Below, one piece after another: positions 28,082 through 38,409 of a stretch of DNA of 64,000 nt; positions within the stretch are counted from its first letter, which is position 1, and every line of letters starts with the position of its first letter. A program made the translations under genes and the position numbers. Under the pieces are notes generated by a model. It did not search any database and had not been told where the DNA came from. It saw only the letters and a program-made list of their open reading frames with translations. Origin of the DNA: Trueperaceae bacterium (GTDB taxonomy: Bacteria > Deinococcota > Deinococci > Deinococcales > Trueperaceae); contig CBDCAM010000001.1 of the NCBI GenBank assembly GCA_965213925.1, positions 1 to 64,000 of the forward strand, read 5' to 3'.

Positions 28082-29860
28082 ATGCTCGGCGAGCATCGGG
28101 ATGCTCTAGAAGATACGAGAGATGTCATGTACGACTACAGCATACTCCTGCAAGATGTAACCAGGCGCGTCCGCGCTTCCTTCCAGCGCCAGGTGATCGA
28201 TCCTGATGCGCCAGACTACGGGTCTTTTCGGACAGAACATTATGGGTACACAGACGGTAGTTTGGCGAGTCATGCTGCCGATCTGTTGAGTGCGGCTTAC
28301 GCTTTTCTCGCCCCAAGCTCACCCCTCGAGCATGACCCCGAGTTGCGCGACCGCCTACGCCTTGCTCTAAGGTTTCAAGAGGAGCAGCAGCGCCAGAATG
28401 GTCTTATCGATCTCACCGCGACCAACTGGGCGTCCCCCCCGGACACCGCTTTTGTCGTTCAGGCGTTCTGCCCGCTTCTTGGCGCAGCGCGACGAAAGGT
28501 GCTCGAGGGTGATGACGAGGTCGAGCCGATTGCCAGTTCGCTCGCGTCGTTTGTTACGCGAGCCGCCGAAGGCATCATAGGCCGCGGCTTTCATACCCCG
28601 AACCACAGGTGGGTCATCTGCTCCGCGCTCGGGCAGTCGCTGACTTACCTTGAGCCTCCGCTAAGAGCGCGGGCAGAAGCGTACGCGCAGAGTTTGCTGG
28701 CGGAAACGCTCGACATCGACGAGGACGGCAACTTCAGCGAGCGGAGTACGGGTTTGTACAACGCCATCGTCTGTCGTTCACTGGTTTTTATCGCAGACCA
28801 CCTCGAGCGCCCCGACCTTCTCGACGCCGTGCGAAGGAACCTCGACTTTACCCTTCAGCTACTCCACGACGACGCCTCCCTCGTCACGAGCGTGTCGACC
28901 CGCGTCGACCGCAAGCGCTACGTCGTCCCCGTGGGTCTGGCCGATGTTTACTTCGATATGGCGCAACGGGACGAAAACGGCGTATGGGGGCGGGCGGCGG
29001 ATGTCTTGGTACAGAGGGCAACCTCCGCAAAGTGGCTGGCCGCTTCCTTAACGTTCGCCCAGGACCAGAGGCACCTTTGGCTGCTTCACCCGTTCATCAA
29101 ATTTCCGCGCTACAGAGAGGAGACCCTACGTCGTGTGCCCTTACCCGACCAGTTTAGAACGTACCTCCCCTCGACAGGGCTCTGGCGGGTGAAGCGCGGT
29201 CCGGTATCGGCTACGGCTGCCGCCGACACCCCTATCCTATTTTCCTTGCAGTACGGCCCCGCCAGTCTCGAGGTCAAGCTTCACAGCACCTATTTTGGGC
29301 TACACGACATCACGTTTGGTGTGGTCAAGGTGACGGAGGATGGTGTCAGGATGCTCCACCAGAGCGAGAGAGCGCCCGGATATAAGCTTCCGCTCAACCG
29401 TCCTGTGCACGTCTCTTCTATGGATGAGTGGCACCAGCTCGAGCGCGACCGCTGGGAACTCCCCCCTTTCAAGCTCGAGCTGGTCGTTCAGGAGGTCGAG
29501 GAGGGCTTCGACCTGTACTTAACCTCTTGTGGAGGGCTCGACGGCGTCGGATTTCAGATCGAATGCGCGTTTGGAGCACCTGGCATATGGGAAACGGCGG
29601 GTCACCTCGCGCTCGCTCACCGTGGACAATCGTCCATACTCAGGTCGGGCTATGGGGTTTACGGTGTAGAGGGGTATGCGATAAAACTCGGTCCAGGCCG
29701 CTGCACTCACCGCACCTTTCAAGTCTATGGTCAAATCTATGGCAGCGAACCCCAAGACGGCTTTCGTGTTCTTTTGACATACCAGAGCCCCCTCGACCAG
29801 ACCCTCCGTTTCCGTTACGGTGCCCTGTCGGCGCTCACGGAAAGCTTTGAAACGCTCTGA
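28082..29860 (+). CDS. Hypothetical protein, probably a helical-toroid lyase/hydrolase-like fold (start may be ATG 28127)
   Basis: 592-aa ORF in operon orientation; SPPDT.F, GFHTPNHRWV and DG.FSERS..YN motifs. Confidence 0.6.
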   Translation: MLGEHRDALEDTRDVMYDYSILLQDVTRRVRASFQRQVIDPDAPDYGSFRTEHYGYTDGSLASHAADLLSAAYAFLAPSSPLEHDPELRDRLRLALRFQEEQQRQNGLIDLTATNWASPPDTAFVVQAFCPLLGAARRKVLEGDDEVEPIASSLASFVTRAAEGIIGRGFHTPNHRWVICSALGQSLTYLEPPLRARAEAYAQSLLAETLDIDEDGNFSERSTGLYNAIVCRSLVFIADHLERPDLLDAVRRNLDFTLQLLHDDASLVTSVSTRVDRKRYVVPVGLADVYFDMAQRDENGVWGRAADVLVQRATSAKWLAASLTFAQDQRHLWLLHPFIKFPRYREETLRRVPLPDQFRTYLPSTGLWRVKRGPVSATAAADTPILFSLQYGPASLEVKLHSTYFGLHDITFGVVKVTEDGVRMLHQSERAPGYKLPLNRPVHVSSMDEWHQLERDRWELPPFKLELVVQEVEEGFDLYLTSCGGLDGVGFQIECAFGAPGIWETAGHLALAHRGQSSILRSGYGVYGVEGYAIKLGPGRCTHRTFQVYGQIYGSEPQDGFRVLLTYQSPLDQTLRFRYGALSALTESFETL

Positions 29861-29941
29861 AATGGTGACCACGCGCGGTTATTTGAATCATCTCTTTGCA
29901 AAGACGCTACCGGCGAGGTTCCGCCCTTACGAGGAGACAAA

Positions 29942-30991
29942 ATGACGGATGAAGCGATACGTATAGGCATCATCGGTTTGGGGCGTAGCGGTTGGAACAT
30001 TCACGCAAACGCCCTTAGAGAACATGACGCTTATAGCGTCGTCGCCGTGGCAGATCCGTTGGCGGAGCGGCGAGACGAAGCCGCTCTCGCTTTCGGTTGC
30101 GCCACCTATCAGGAGCCCGAGGACCTGCTGCTCGACGCCGAGGTCGAGGGGGTCGTCATCGCCACCCCTTCCCATACGCATGTTCCGCTCGCCAAAGAGG
30201 CGCTCCAGAGCGGCAAGCACGTCATTCTAGAAAAACCGATGGCCGAGACGGTCGACGAGGTGGACGCCCTCATTGCGGCCTCGCAGCGTGCGGACCGACT
30301 GCTCACCGTCTATCAGCCCAGACGTTTGGATGCAGATTTCACGCTGATCCAAAGACTTATCGAGGAGGGGCGCATAGGCAGGGTCGTGCTCATCCGCCGA
30401 GGCATCTACCGCTTCGCCCGCCGCGCGGACTGGCAAACCTTACGGAAGTTCGGCGGCGGCGAACTCGCCAACACCGGCCCGCATCTGGTGGATCAAATCT
30501 TGCTGCTGCTGAATGGCCGCGTCGTCGACGTTTTTGCCGACCTTCAGCGCACCGTCAGCAGCGGCGACGCGGAAGACCACGTCAAACTCTCCTTGAAAGA
30601 CGAGACCGGTCTGGTGGCCGATATCGAAATGACGTCTTGTAGCACGTTCGCGCACCCGAACTGGGTGCTGATGGGGACTCGAGGGGGCATCATCAGTACA
30701 CAAGTAGACGGCCAAAGTGCGCTGAAGGTCAGGTGGTTCGCCCCGGAGGTGTTGGGGGAACTCGCGGTCGAGGAAGGCCCTGCACAGGGCCGACGCTACG
30801 GAACGGGCGAGGAGATACCTTGGCAGGAAGAGGTGCTGCCGGTCGAGCAGCCTAAGTCTCCCGCGCTCATGTTTTACGACCTTTTCCACGCCACTCTAAG
30901 GGAGCGAGCGCCGTTATACGTAACGCCTGAGAGTGTGCGCCAGCAGGTTGAAATCCTACAACGTGCTCGTGCTTTAACGACTCCTACCTAA
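29942..30991 (+). CDS. Gfo/Idh/MocA-family oxidoreductase
   Basis: IGIIGLGRSG, HVILEKP and GG.LANTGPH..D motifs; GAGGAG RBS. Confidence 0.92.
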   Translation: MTDEAIRIGIIGLGRSGWNIHANALREHDAYSVVAVADPLAERRDEAALAFGCATYQEPEDLLLDAEVEGVVIATPSHTHVPLAKEALQSGKHVILEKPMAETVDEVDALIAASQRADRLLTVYQPRRLDADFTLIQRLIEEGRIGRVVLIRRGIYRFARRADWQTLRKFGGGELANTGPHLVDQILLLLNGRVVDVFADLQRTVSSGDAEDHVKLSLKDETGLVADIEMTSCSTFAHPNWVLMGTRGGIISTQVDGQSALKVRWFAPEVLGELAVEEGPAQGRRYGTGEEIPWQEEVLPVEQPKSPALMFYDLFHATLRERAPLYVTPESVRQQVEILQRARALTTPT

Positions 30992-31058
30992 CGAGTTCTA
31001 GCTAACGAGCCCTTCTATGTAGTGCGATGAGCAGCAAACGAGAGACGTCTGGGAATGC

Positions 31059-31871
31059 TCAACGCTCGCGGTACGCGCTCGGGCTACAGCCGACAAACTT
31101 TTTGAACCTGCGCGTGAAGTAGAAAGGGTTCTCATACCCCACCTGCCACGCAATGTTTTGAATGAGGTGCGGCGTGCTTCTCAGGAGCTGCTTGGCACGC
31201 TCGAGCCGGTGACGCTCCAGAAACTGTTGAGGCGTCACGCCGACCTGTTCGCGGAACAGATGGGCGAGGCGCGAGGGGCTGAGATGCACCTCCTCGGCGA
31301 CATCTCGAAGGGTAACCCTCTCGCTCATGTGCTCGCTCAGGTAGTTCATGGCCCGCTGCACGCGAGCATCGAGAGACCACGCGGCTCCACGGGGATCGGG
31401 GTTGATGAATTTCACCCAAAGAAGGAGCCGCTCCAGGGCGTTGAGCGCCAGATCCGTCCGGTAGGGCAGCACACTGGTCGCTAGACGGTGAACGTCTTGA
31501 AGCGTACTGACCACCTTTTGCTCATCTTCTTCCCTGTCCACGCGTGAGTATCTGAGACCGGGGGCGACTTCCGGCCAGGTAAGCCACGGGTGCCAGTGCA
31601 AGCGGGGCGAGAAATGCACCCACAGCAGCTCCCAGCGTTTCAAAGACGCTTCGCTGCCGTAACTGTGCGCGGTCCCGGGGGATAAAAGAACCAAAACTTT
31701 GGGCTCCGCTAGAAAAGTACCCTCGGCGTGGTCGAAGCGACCCAGGCCGCTCATCGTGTAGATGAGGAGCCAGTCGTCCGTCCCGTCGGGTCGCGAAACC
31801 GCATATTTCGGGCCTTCACAAAAGTGCCCCGTGACCGGCAGCGCATCAGGGGTAAAAAGGCTCATCGGCAT
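31059..31871 (-). CDS. AraC-family transcriptional regulator
   Basis: RPDG..DWLLIYT..G.G and WVHFSPR (AraC ligand domain); LSPSRLAHLF and GYENPFYFTRRF HTH; ATG 31871 lies 6 nt after TACAAT. Confidence 0.9.
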   Translation of the reverse strand: MPMSLFTPDALPVTGHFCEGPKYAVSRPDGTDDWLLIYTMSGLGRFDHAEGTFLAEPKVLVLLSPGTAHSYGSEASLKRWELLWVHFSPRLHWHPWLTWPEVAPGLRYSRVDREEDEQKVVSTLQDVHRLATSVLPYRTDLALNALERLLLWVKFINPDPRGAAWSLDARVQRAMNYLSEHMSERVTLRDVAEEVHLSPSRLAHLFREQVGVTPQQFLERHRLERAKQLLRSTPHLIQNIAWQVGYENPFYFTRRFKKFVGCSPSAYRER

Positions 31872-31879
31872 AGCAAGAT

Positions 31880-31936
31880 TGTATAGGTCGACAATGGATG
31901 TGTGTATAGATCGTCTCCCTACTCCGGGTCTATACT
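31880..31936 (+). promoter_or_regulatory. Candidate AraC-activated promoter of the phyH-like genes
   Basis: Direct repeat TGTATAG(G/A)TCG at 31880 and 31903, the second covering the -35 position; -10 TATACT at 31931-31936. Confidence 0.5.
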
Positions 31937-31984
31937 GGCTAAACGAGGCTGAACACGCAGTCACTTGTGATAGGGAGTTGACAG

Positions 31985-32020
31985 ATGGCACCGCAAACGG
32001 CACCGCAAATGGCACCGCAA
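31985..32020 (+). repeat. 12-bp coding tandem repeat x3
   Basis: A(T/C)GGCACCGCAA x3, giving alternative ATGs at 31985 and 32009. Confidence 0.85.
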
Positions 32021-32833
32021 ACCCATACCTTCGCTGAAGGAGAACTCGGTGCGTACCATCAAAACGGATTTCACGTCGCACGGCAGGTTTTAGAACCTCA
32101 CGAGGTAGACCAAATCCGCAAGGTTTTTATGGAGCAGGCGGAGAAGGGGCCGGTGGCGGGGCTCAGCGAAACCGGCAGGATCACCGACCCCGACGACCCC
32201 CTTTACCACTATCCACGGATGATGCACCCGCACCGGCATCCGGACAGAGCCGTCGGGCAGATCGCTCTACGGTACATGCTCGACGGTCGCATCGGCGAAG
32301 TATTGTCTCATCTTTTGGGTGAACCGCCCATCGCGGCCCAGTCGATGTTCTACTTTAAACCGCCCGGTTCCCGAGGGCAGGATTTGCACCAGGACAACTT
32401 TTTTCTCAAAGTGAGGCCCGGTACCTGTATGGCCGCCTGGATCGCCATCGACGACGCTGACCCTGGCAACGGCGGCATGGTCGTCGTTCCCGGTTCCCAC
32501 CGCCTAGACATCGTCTGTCCGGAAGCGTCGGACTCGAGCCAATCGTTCACCGCCGAACATGTCGAGCCGCCGGAGGGCATGAACGAGCACGCTGTTACCC
32601 TCGAGGCGGGAGACGTCCTCTTCTTCAACGGGAGCGTTATCCACGGCTCCCATCCTAATACCAGTGAGAACCGTTTCCGCCGTGCGCTGATCTGTCACTA
32701 CGTTCCCCAGAGTTGCGAAGAGGTCGGCAAGTGGTATCAGCCCCTTTACGATTTTGACGGGAACATCGTCAGCAAGGAGGTCGCACTCGACAGCGGGCCC
32801 TGCGGGGTCTCCGGAGACGCCGCACCACACTAA
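31985..32833 (+). CDS. Phytanoyl-CoA dioxygenase (PhyH)-family Fe/2OG enzyme
   Basis: YFKPPG, HQDN, WIAIDD, PGSH, HGS.PN and RR motifs. Confidence 0.9.
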   Translation: MAPQTAPQMAPQTHTFAEGELGAYHQNGFHVARQVLEPHEVDQIRKVFMEQAEKGPVAGLSETGRITDPDDPLYHYPRMMHPHRHPDRAVGQIALRYMLDGRIGEVLSHLLGEPPIAAQSMFYFKPPGSRGQDLHQDNFFLKVRPGTCMAAWIAIDDADPGNGGMVVVPGSHRLDIVCPEASDSSQSFTAEHVEPPEGMNEHAVTLEAGDVLFFNGSVIHGSHPNTSENRFRRALICHYVPQSCEEVGKWYQPLYDFDGNIVSKEVALDSGPCGVSGDAAPH

Positions 32834-32864
32834 TTGGCAAAAGAGCAGCATCAAATTCTGAAAG

Positions 32865-33773
32865 GTGAACATCATGAACGAGCCCGTCGACATGGTCGGA
32901 CAAGCGGCACCTACCGACGAACCCATCGAGTTCGATAAGGATATCGAGGGGAGCGAGTATCAAGCCCCGGTAGACCTGTACCGGTATACGGACACGGCCA
33001 AGGGTATAGACGGCTTTGAAGCCGTGACCGACGAGCATGTAGGCTTTTTTCGGGAGCAGGGGTATCTGGTCATCAACCACGCCTTTACGCGCGGTGAGGT
33101 CCGGTCGGCGCTGGACGGTCTGTTGGACCTCATCAACGGTTCGAACCCTGAATTCAAAGGCGTCCAGTTCGAGGGAAAAGCACGCGAGCTCCTGCCGACG
33201 CTGTCTCGCGAAGAGAAGCAGTACTACGTGCGCAAGCTCTACTACTACGTCGAGTTCGACGCGCGGTTGAAAGCGATTTCTGAGCATCCGCAGCTCCTCG
33301 CGACGGTCAGCAGGATGATTGGTAGCGAGCCCACGCTGTTCGCCGACCAGGCGATGCTCAAACCGCCGCGGATCGGCCGTGAGAAGCCCTGGCATCAGGA
33401 CCATGCCTTTTTCAACCTGCCTATGGGCACCAGGGTTGTCGGGGTGTGGATCGCCCTCGATGAGGCGGTGCCCGAGAACGGCTGCATGCATATCATCCCC
33501 GGCGGTCACCTCAAGCCCATCGAGCACTTTCAGCGGCGTGACTGGCAAATCTGTGATACGGAAGTCGCGCGGGAAAAGATTCTTGCCGTACCGCTCGAGC
33601 CAGGAGGCTGTCTGCTGTTCGACGGCCTCATCCCTCACGGTACGCCGGAGAGCCGCTCGGACAGGTGGCGGCGGGCATTACAGCTTCACTACGCTCCGGC
33701 GAACGTCGGGAAGATCACGAAAGAAGAGCGTCTGGCGGTCTTCAACGGGGAGGCGAAAGGTCTCAGTTGCTAG
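32865..33773 (+). CDS. PhyH-family Fe/2OG dioxygenase
   Basis: LKPP, WHQD, WIALD...ENG, PHGT and RRALQ motifs. Confidence 0.9.
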   Translation: MNIMNEPVDMVGQAAPTDEPIEFDKDIEGSEYQAPVDLYRYTDTAKGIDGFEAVTDEHVGFFREQGYLVINHAFTRGEVRSALDGLLDLINGSNPEFKGVQFEGKARELLPTLSREEKQYYVRKLYYYVEFDARLKAISEHPQLLATVSRMIGSEPTLFADQAMLKPPRIGREKPWHQDHAFFNLPMGTRVVGVWIALDEAVPENGCMHIIPGGHLKPIEHFQRRDWQICDTEVAREKILAVPLEPGGCLLFDGLIPHGTPESRSDRWRRALQLHYAPANVGKITKEERLAVFNGEAKGLSC

Positions 33774-33816
33774 CAGCGGCCCCTCTCGTTCACACAAACT
33801 TCGACCAGGACGCTAC

Positions 33817-34284
33817 ATGAAAATGTTGATGATGACAGACCTCGAGGGTGTGGCGGGGGTGGTGTCTTTTAATGAGCAAGCCTACGCGGAGGGCCGCTAC
33901 TATGACCAGGCGAAAAGGCTTCTAACGGCTGAGGTCAATGCTGCGGTAGAAGGGCTTTTAGAGGTAGGGGTCGAAGACACCTTGATTCTGGACGGGCACG
34001 GTCCTGGCGGCATCTGGTTCGAGGACCTCCATCCGGCAGCAAGAGTACTCCACGGTTGCCCCTTGGTTCCCTGGCAGACGCTAGACCATGTGTGATCCGG
34101 GTATGACGCGTGTATGATCGTAGGGCAGCACGCGATGGCCGGGGTTTCTACAGGCAATCTCAACCACACGATGAGCAGTCGCAGCATCGAGCATTACAAA
34201 CTCAATGGCCGACTCATCGGAGAGACGGCTGTCTTTGCTCTGTACCACGGCGCGTTCGGCCGCCCGTTACTCTTTCTCAGCGGA
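33817..34284 (+). pseudogene. M55 (DppA-like) D-aminopeptidase pseudogene
   Basis: TDLEGVAG, EVNAA, DGHG, GQHA, NHT and IGE motifs; in-frame TGA at 34093-34095; truncated after FLSG. Confidence 0.82.
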
Positions 34285-34464
34285 GGTACCGGGCGCAAAC
34301 TCGCCGCGCTCTGCCGGGTGTTGGGAGCGTCCGGTGTGAATAAACATATCGGGGCGCTCTGGGACCCCGGCAACGCCCTCGCCGCCGGTAAACCCTCGCC
34401 CTATCCCGACGGTTACGAAGCGCTCCAGGCTTGCAACCTCGTCCACGTTCACCTCAAAGACTTG
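34285..34464 (+). pseudogene. Internal fragment of a sugar-phosphate isomerase/epimerase (xylose isomerase-like TIM barrel)
   Basis: WDPGNA...PYPDGYE...HVHLKD. Confidence 0.7.
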
Positions 34465-34656
34465 ACCTTTACTTCCGCAACAAAGCTTTTGATGATGTCG
34501 TCCAGTTCTTCTATTTGCTCTGTGTCTGTTTTATCCTTCTGTTTTATCACCCCCGCTAGTTGAGTTGCACCCGGCCGACCGAGACCACTTGAAAATTTTA
34601 AGAGTTTTGGCTACACTCCTTTCTATTAGAAAGAAACTTGAGGTGGTGAAGATATT

Positions 34657-36006
34657 ATGGCTCGAGCTGCAACCGTTCAAAAGACTTCCCTGGCCTTATT
34701 GGGTGGATCTCCAAATGTACAGGGTGATGCTGGAGCCATGTTTACCTGGCCTATCGTGACCCAAGAAGAAGAAGAGGCTGTGCTGGACGTCTTGAGACGC
34801 GGCGCTATGTCGGGGTTTGAGATTACGGAAAAATTCGAACAAGAATATGCAGCTTGGCAGGGTAACAAGTATGCACTAGGGCATAGCAGCGGTACGGCAT
34901 CTTTACAAGCAGCTATGTTTGGCTGCAAAGTGGGGGTGGGGGATGAAATTATTGCGCCGAGTGTGACGTACTGGGCAACTCTGCTTCCTTGTTATTCTCT
35001 CGGCGCCACAGTCGATTTTGCTGATATAGACCCCACCACTTTGTGTATCGACCCTAACGATATCGAGCACCGAATCAACGAGCGTACCAAAGCGATTATA
35101 GTAGTGCATTATTGTGCTCACCCCTGTGACATGGACGCCATTATGGACATTGCTCAGCGTCACAACGTCAAAGTCATAGAAGACGTTTCGCACGCTCACG
35201 GCGGACTTTACAAGGGAAAAAAGCTTGGCACATTTGGCGCTGTCTCAGGTATATCGTTGATGAGCGGCAAGTCTCTCGTGGCGGGTGAAGCCGGGATGCT
35301 CACAACGGATGACCTGGAGATTTATGAACGTGCGGTCGCTTGGGGCTTTTATAGGAAGTTTGATGAAACGATTCAGACCGACTATTTGAAGCCTTATGCT
35401 CACCTGCCCTTGGGAGGTAACAAATACCGCATGCACCAAATGAGTGCGGCCGTCGGTCGTGTCCAGCTTAAGTATTACGATGAGCGGATAGCCGAGATTC
35501 AGAAAGCCATGCACTACTTTTGGGACTTGCTCGAGGGTGTTCCCGGACTACGCGCCCACCGCACGCCGAAAGACTCCGGTAGTACAATGGCGGGCTGGTA
35601 TGCAGCAAGAGGACTCTACAAAAGCGAAGAATTAGGCGGTTTGTCTATCACGAGGTTCACCGAAGCCGTTCGCGCTGAAGGGGTGAAGACCTGCCACCCT
35701 GGCATTAATCCCCCCTTACATTTACATCCTCTGTTTAATACAGCCGATATTTACGGTCATGGTAAACCTACCCGCATTGCCAACAGCGCTCGGGATCTTC
35801 GTCAGCCTCCGGGAAGTTTGCCGAACAGTGAAAAAATTGGAGAAATCACTTTTGGTATTCCCTGGTTCAAGCACTACCGTCCCGACCTTATCGAAGAGTA
35901 TGCGGACGCGTTTAAGAAGGTGGCTGCCAACTATGAGCAGTTACTCGAGCAAGATGAGGGCAACCCACCCAATATTGGTCATTGGGGTTTGACAGCAGTT
36001 GCATGA
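34657..36006 (+). CDS. DegT-family aminotransferase, paralog of 23865-25196
   Basis: IEDVSHAHG and SLMSGKSL motifs; shared WPIVT, GKPTRIA and GIPWFKH. Confidence 0.92.
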   Translation: MARAATVQKTSLALLGGSPNVQGDAGAMFTWPIVTQEEEEAVLDVLRRGAMSGFEITEKFEQEYAAWQGNKYALGHSSGTASLQAAMFGCKVGVGDEIIAPSVTYWATLLPCYSLGATVDFADIDPTTLCIDPNDIEHRINERTKAIIVVHYCAHPCDMDAIMDIAQRHNVKVIEDVSHAHGGLYKGKKLGTFGAVSGISLMSGKSLVAGEAGMLTTDDLEIYERAVAWGFYRKFDETIQTDYLKPYAHLPLGGNKYRMHQMSAAVGRVQLKYYDERIAEIQKAMHYFWDLLEGVPGLRAHRTPKDSGSTMAGWYAARGLYKSEELGGLSITRFTEAVRAEGVKTCHPGINPPLHLHPLFNTADIYGHGKPTRIANSARDLRQPPGSLPNSEKIGEITFGIPWFKHYRPDLIEEYADAFKKVAANYEQLLEQDEGNPPNIGHWGLTAVA

Positions 36007-36068
36007 CCCCCTCAAGATAGAAAATAAAATTGCAAAACTTGTGTGGGCAAAGGCACGAGGGGAAGCTT

Positions 36069-38297
36069 ATGAGTTGGATCGACCCTGAACATCCTCTGGC
36101 TACCTATCATCGCCAGGTCATAGATCGGGAGGGTAGAAGCGAAGAAGAGCTTTTTCGCCAGTGGGGACGCCTAAAGCTCGCCTCTGAATTGCCGGATAAA
36201 GGCTTCCCAGCCGGCTCCTATCAAACGGTACGGCTTAGCTTTCAGGTTGGCAGTCTCGGTCTTGATGAAGATGGAGGCTTCAAACTATCGTTTAGATTTG
36301 TCAGTGATGCAGGCTCTTTGCAGATGCATGATTCCAGCGCGGATAACTTTGTAAGCGCAACCACCACTGGCGAAGCGGATTTAGAACTACAGTTTGAGCG
36401 CAAGGGTAGCCGCCGCCCCTTCCAAAGGACATTGCGGATAACGGTTCGCAACGCCGGTCTTTTTGAGGGCGATGAAGTCGAGCTGGTTTTGGGTGACCGC
36501 AGCGGAGGCGGCCGCGGTTGGCGTCAGCAGACTTTTGTAGAAACACCTTTTCCCATTCGGATAGCGGTAGACCCGTTTGGAAGCCATCTTTACCAGCCAT
36601 TGCCACGCGATCTCGGCTGGAACATCCTGCCGGCCAGGTCAGTTCGCTTCATCCTGGTGACCCCGCCTCACGCTCTTAAGGGGCAAGCTTTCAAATTAAG
36701 GCTGAAAGCTGAAGACGCCTGGGGCAATCCTTTGAGGAACCTTGCAGCTGAAAAGCCAAAACTTTTTATTCTGGGCCCACAGGGGCGTCGGCCCTTGGAG
36801 CTAGAGGGAATTCATGATTACGGCGTATGGCACTACCAGGTTAGCCTTGATGAAACAGGCGTTTACTTTTTTGAGGTGGATGCTGAGCAGGCTTCTGTAA
36901 GCAACGGGGTCACCATCGTTGAAGCGACAGAGCGGCCCGGATACCAGCACTACTGGTGTGACTTACACGGTCAGACCGGTGAAACGGTCGGGGTTGGCAC
37001 ACTTGAAGACTACTTCTTTTTTGCTCGACATTTTGGCTTTTTAGACGGCTGTGTTCATCAGGGTAACGACTTTCAGATCAGCAAAGCGCTGTGGCAAACA
37101 ATCAAGCAGGCTTCCCAGGAGGCCTATGAGGCTGGTGTGTTTGTTACCTTTCCAGGCTATGAATGGTCGGGAACTACAACGATGGGGGGCGACCACAATG
37201 TACTCTTTTTTGAAGAAGATCCCCCCCTGTACCGCTGTAGTGGCTGGTTGGACCATCATCCTTTTGAAGAGACAGCACCCCTTTCTGAACTCTACCGTAG
37301 GCTCAAAGCTCACCGAGCGTTAACGATTGCCCATGTCGGCGGCAGACCGGCGGCACTGACCGAATCTGACGCTGAAGTTGAACCGCTTATGGAAATTCAC
37401 TCGGCCTGGGGTACCTTTGAATGGGTTTATCACGAAGCGTTCGCGCGGGGCTTTAAGATCGGTTTCGTATGCAATAGTGATGGTCACAAATGTCGGCCCG
37501 GCGCCTCTTATCCTGGCGCAGGCGTATTCGGTACCTTGGGCGGGTTGACGTGCGTCTTGTCTGAAACCTGTGACCGCGAAGGGTTTTGGAAGGCCCTCAT
37601 AGGACGTCGCTGTTACGGCACAACGGGTCAGAGGATTGTGGTCGAGGCCGACTTAAATGGACAGCCCATCGGTTCAGAATTCCAGATGTCTCAGGGCCAA
37701 CTCAATGTGCGGGTACTCGGCACGGCTCCCATCGTCAGCATTGAACTTTTATGTGGCACGGAAGCCATCGAGACCTTTTATCCTCCGGCTTTGGGGCCAG
37801 CTGATACGTTGCTGCTACGTTTCGGTGGGGCTCGCGTCCGAGGGCGTGCGCGAATGGTTGATTGGGAGGGCAAGCTGAGCGTGCAAGACAACGCCTTGAC
37901 CGAGTCGGTTATGAACGGCGTATTTAGTCCAAACTACGGGATTACCGACAAGAACGAGAACTCGGTGACCTTTCATTGCGTCACGACTGGCAATCTTGTC
38001 AATCTACTTCTAAAATTTAGTCGGGGTCTCAAAGGACGCTTATCCTTTGAAAGCAATGTTACCGACACCGAACTTGAACTCGAGCACCTTGGTAACGAAG
38101 TAACCGGGCTGTTCACAGCGCCACTGGATCAGCGTGTTGAGGCAGCGGCGCTGCACCAAGCCAGCCTACCTCTGGACGTTAAGACGACCTTTGCCCTGAA
38201 CGTTGATCACCTTGAGCAGCGCCCTTATTTTCTGCGTGTTACTCAGCTTGACGAGGGCAGGGCCTGGACAAGCCCCTTTTATATAGCTTGCCCGTAA
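36069..38297 (+). CDS. DUF3604-like PHP-fold metallohydrolase
   Basis: WCDLHGQ, HQGNDFQ, YEWS...GDHNV, HVGG, EIHS.WG and SDGH motifs; Y.RVTQ..AWTSP terminus. Confidence 0.75.
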   Translation: MSWIDPEHPLATYHRQVIDREGRSEEELFRQWGRLKLASELPDKGFPAGSYQTVRLSFQVGSLGLDEDGGFKLSFRFVSDAGSLQMHDSSADNFVSATTTGEADLELQFERKGSRRPFQRTLRITVRNAGLFEGDEVELVLGDRSGGGRGWRQQTFVETPFPIRIAVDPFGSHLYQPLPRDLGWNILPARSVRFILVTPPHALKGQAFKLRLKAEDAWGNPLRNLAAEKPKLFILGPQGRRPLELEGIHDYGVWHYQVSLDETGVYFFEVDAEQASVSNGVTIVEATERPGYQHYWCDLHGQTGETVGVGTLEDYFFFARHFGFLDGCVHQGNDFQISKALWQTIKQASQEAYEAGVFVTFPGYEWSGTTTMGGDHNVLFFEEDPPLYRCSGWLDHHPFEETAPLSELYRRLKAHRALTIAHVGGRPAALTESDAEVEPLMEIHSAWGTFEWVYHEAFARGFKIGFVCNSDGHKCRPGASYPGAGVFGTLGGLTCVLSETCDREGFWKALIGRRCYGTTGQRIVVEADLNGQPIGSEFQMSQGQLNVRVLGTAPIVSIELLCGTEAIETFYPPALGPADTLLLRFGGARVRGRARMVDWEGKLSVQDNALTESVMNGVFSPNYGITDKNENSVTFHCVTTGNLVNLLLKFSRGLKGRLSFESNVTDTELELEHLGNEVTGLFTAPLDQRVEAAALHQASLPLDVKTTFALNVDHLEQRPYFLRVTQLDEGRAWTSPFYIACP

Positions 38298-38300
38298 CAC

Positions 38301-38400
38301 TTGATTAAAATGAGTGAAACCGAGTATGATACTTTCTGTACGAAAGCAACCAAAAGCGTCTATTCATAAGCACTGGAAAATGTCGGTTTTTACGAAAGTG
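38301..38400 (+). promoter_or_regulatory. Candidate promoter and ROK-type operators
   Basis: TTGATT-18-TATGAT (38301-38330); imperfect palindrome CTTTCTGTACGAAAG (38332-38346); TACGAAAG repeated at 38391. Confidence 0.45.
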
Positions 38401-38409
38401 GGAGACTAG

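Noticed and set aside
34093..34095. In-frame TGA as selenocysteine or programmed readthrough
   Set aside because: Not in a recognisable Cys motif (probably TGG to TGA), and the gene is truncated downstream anyway.
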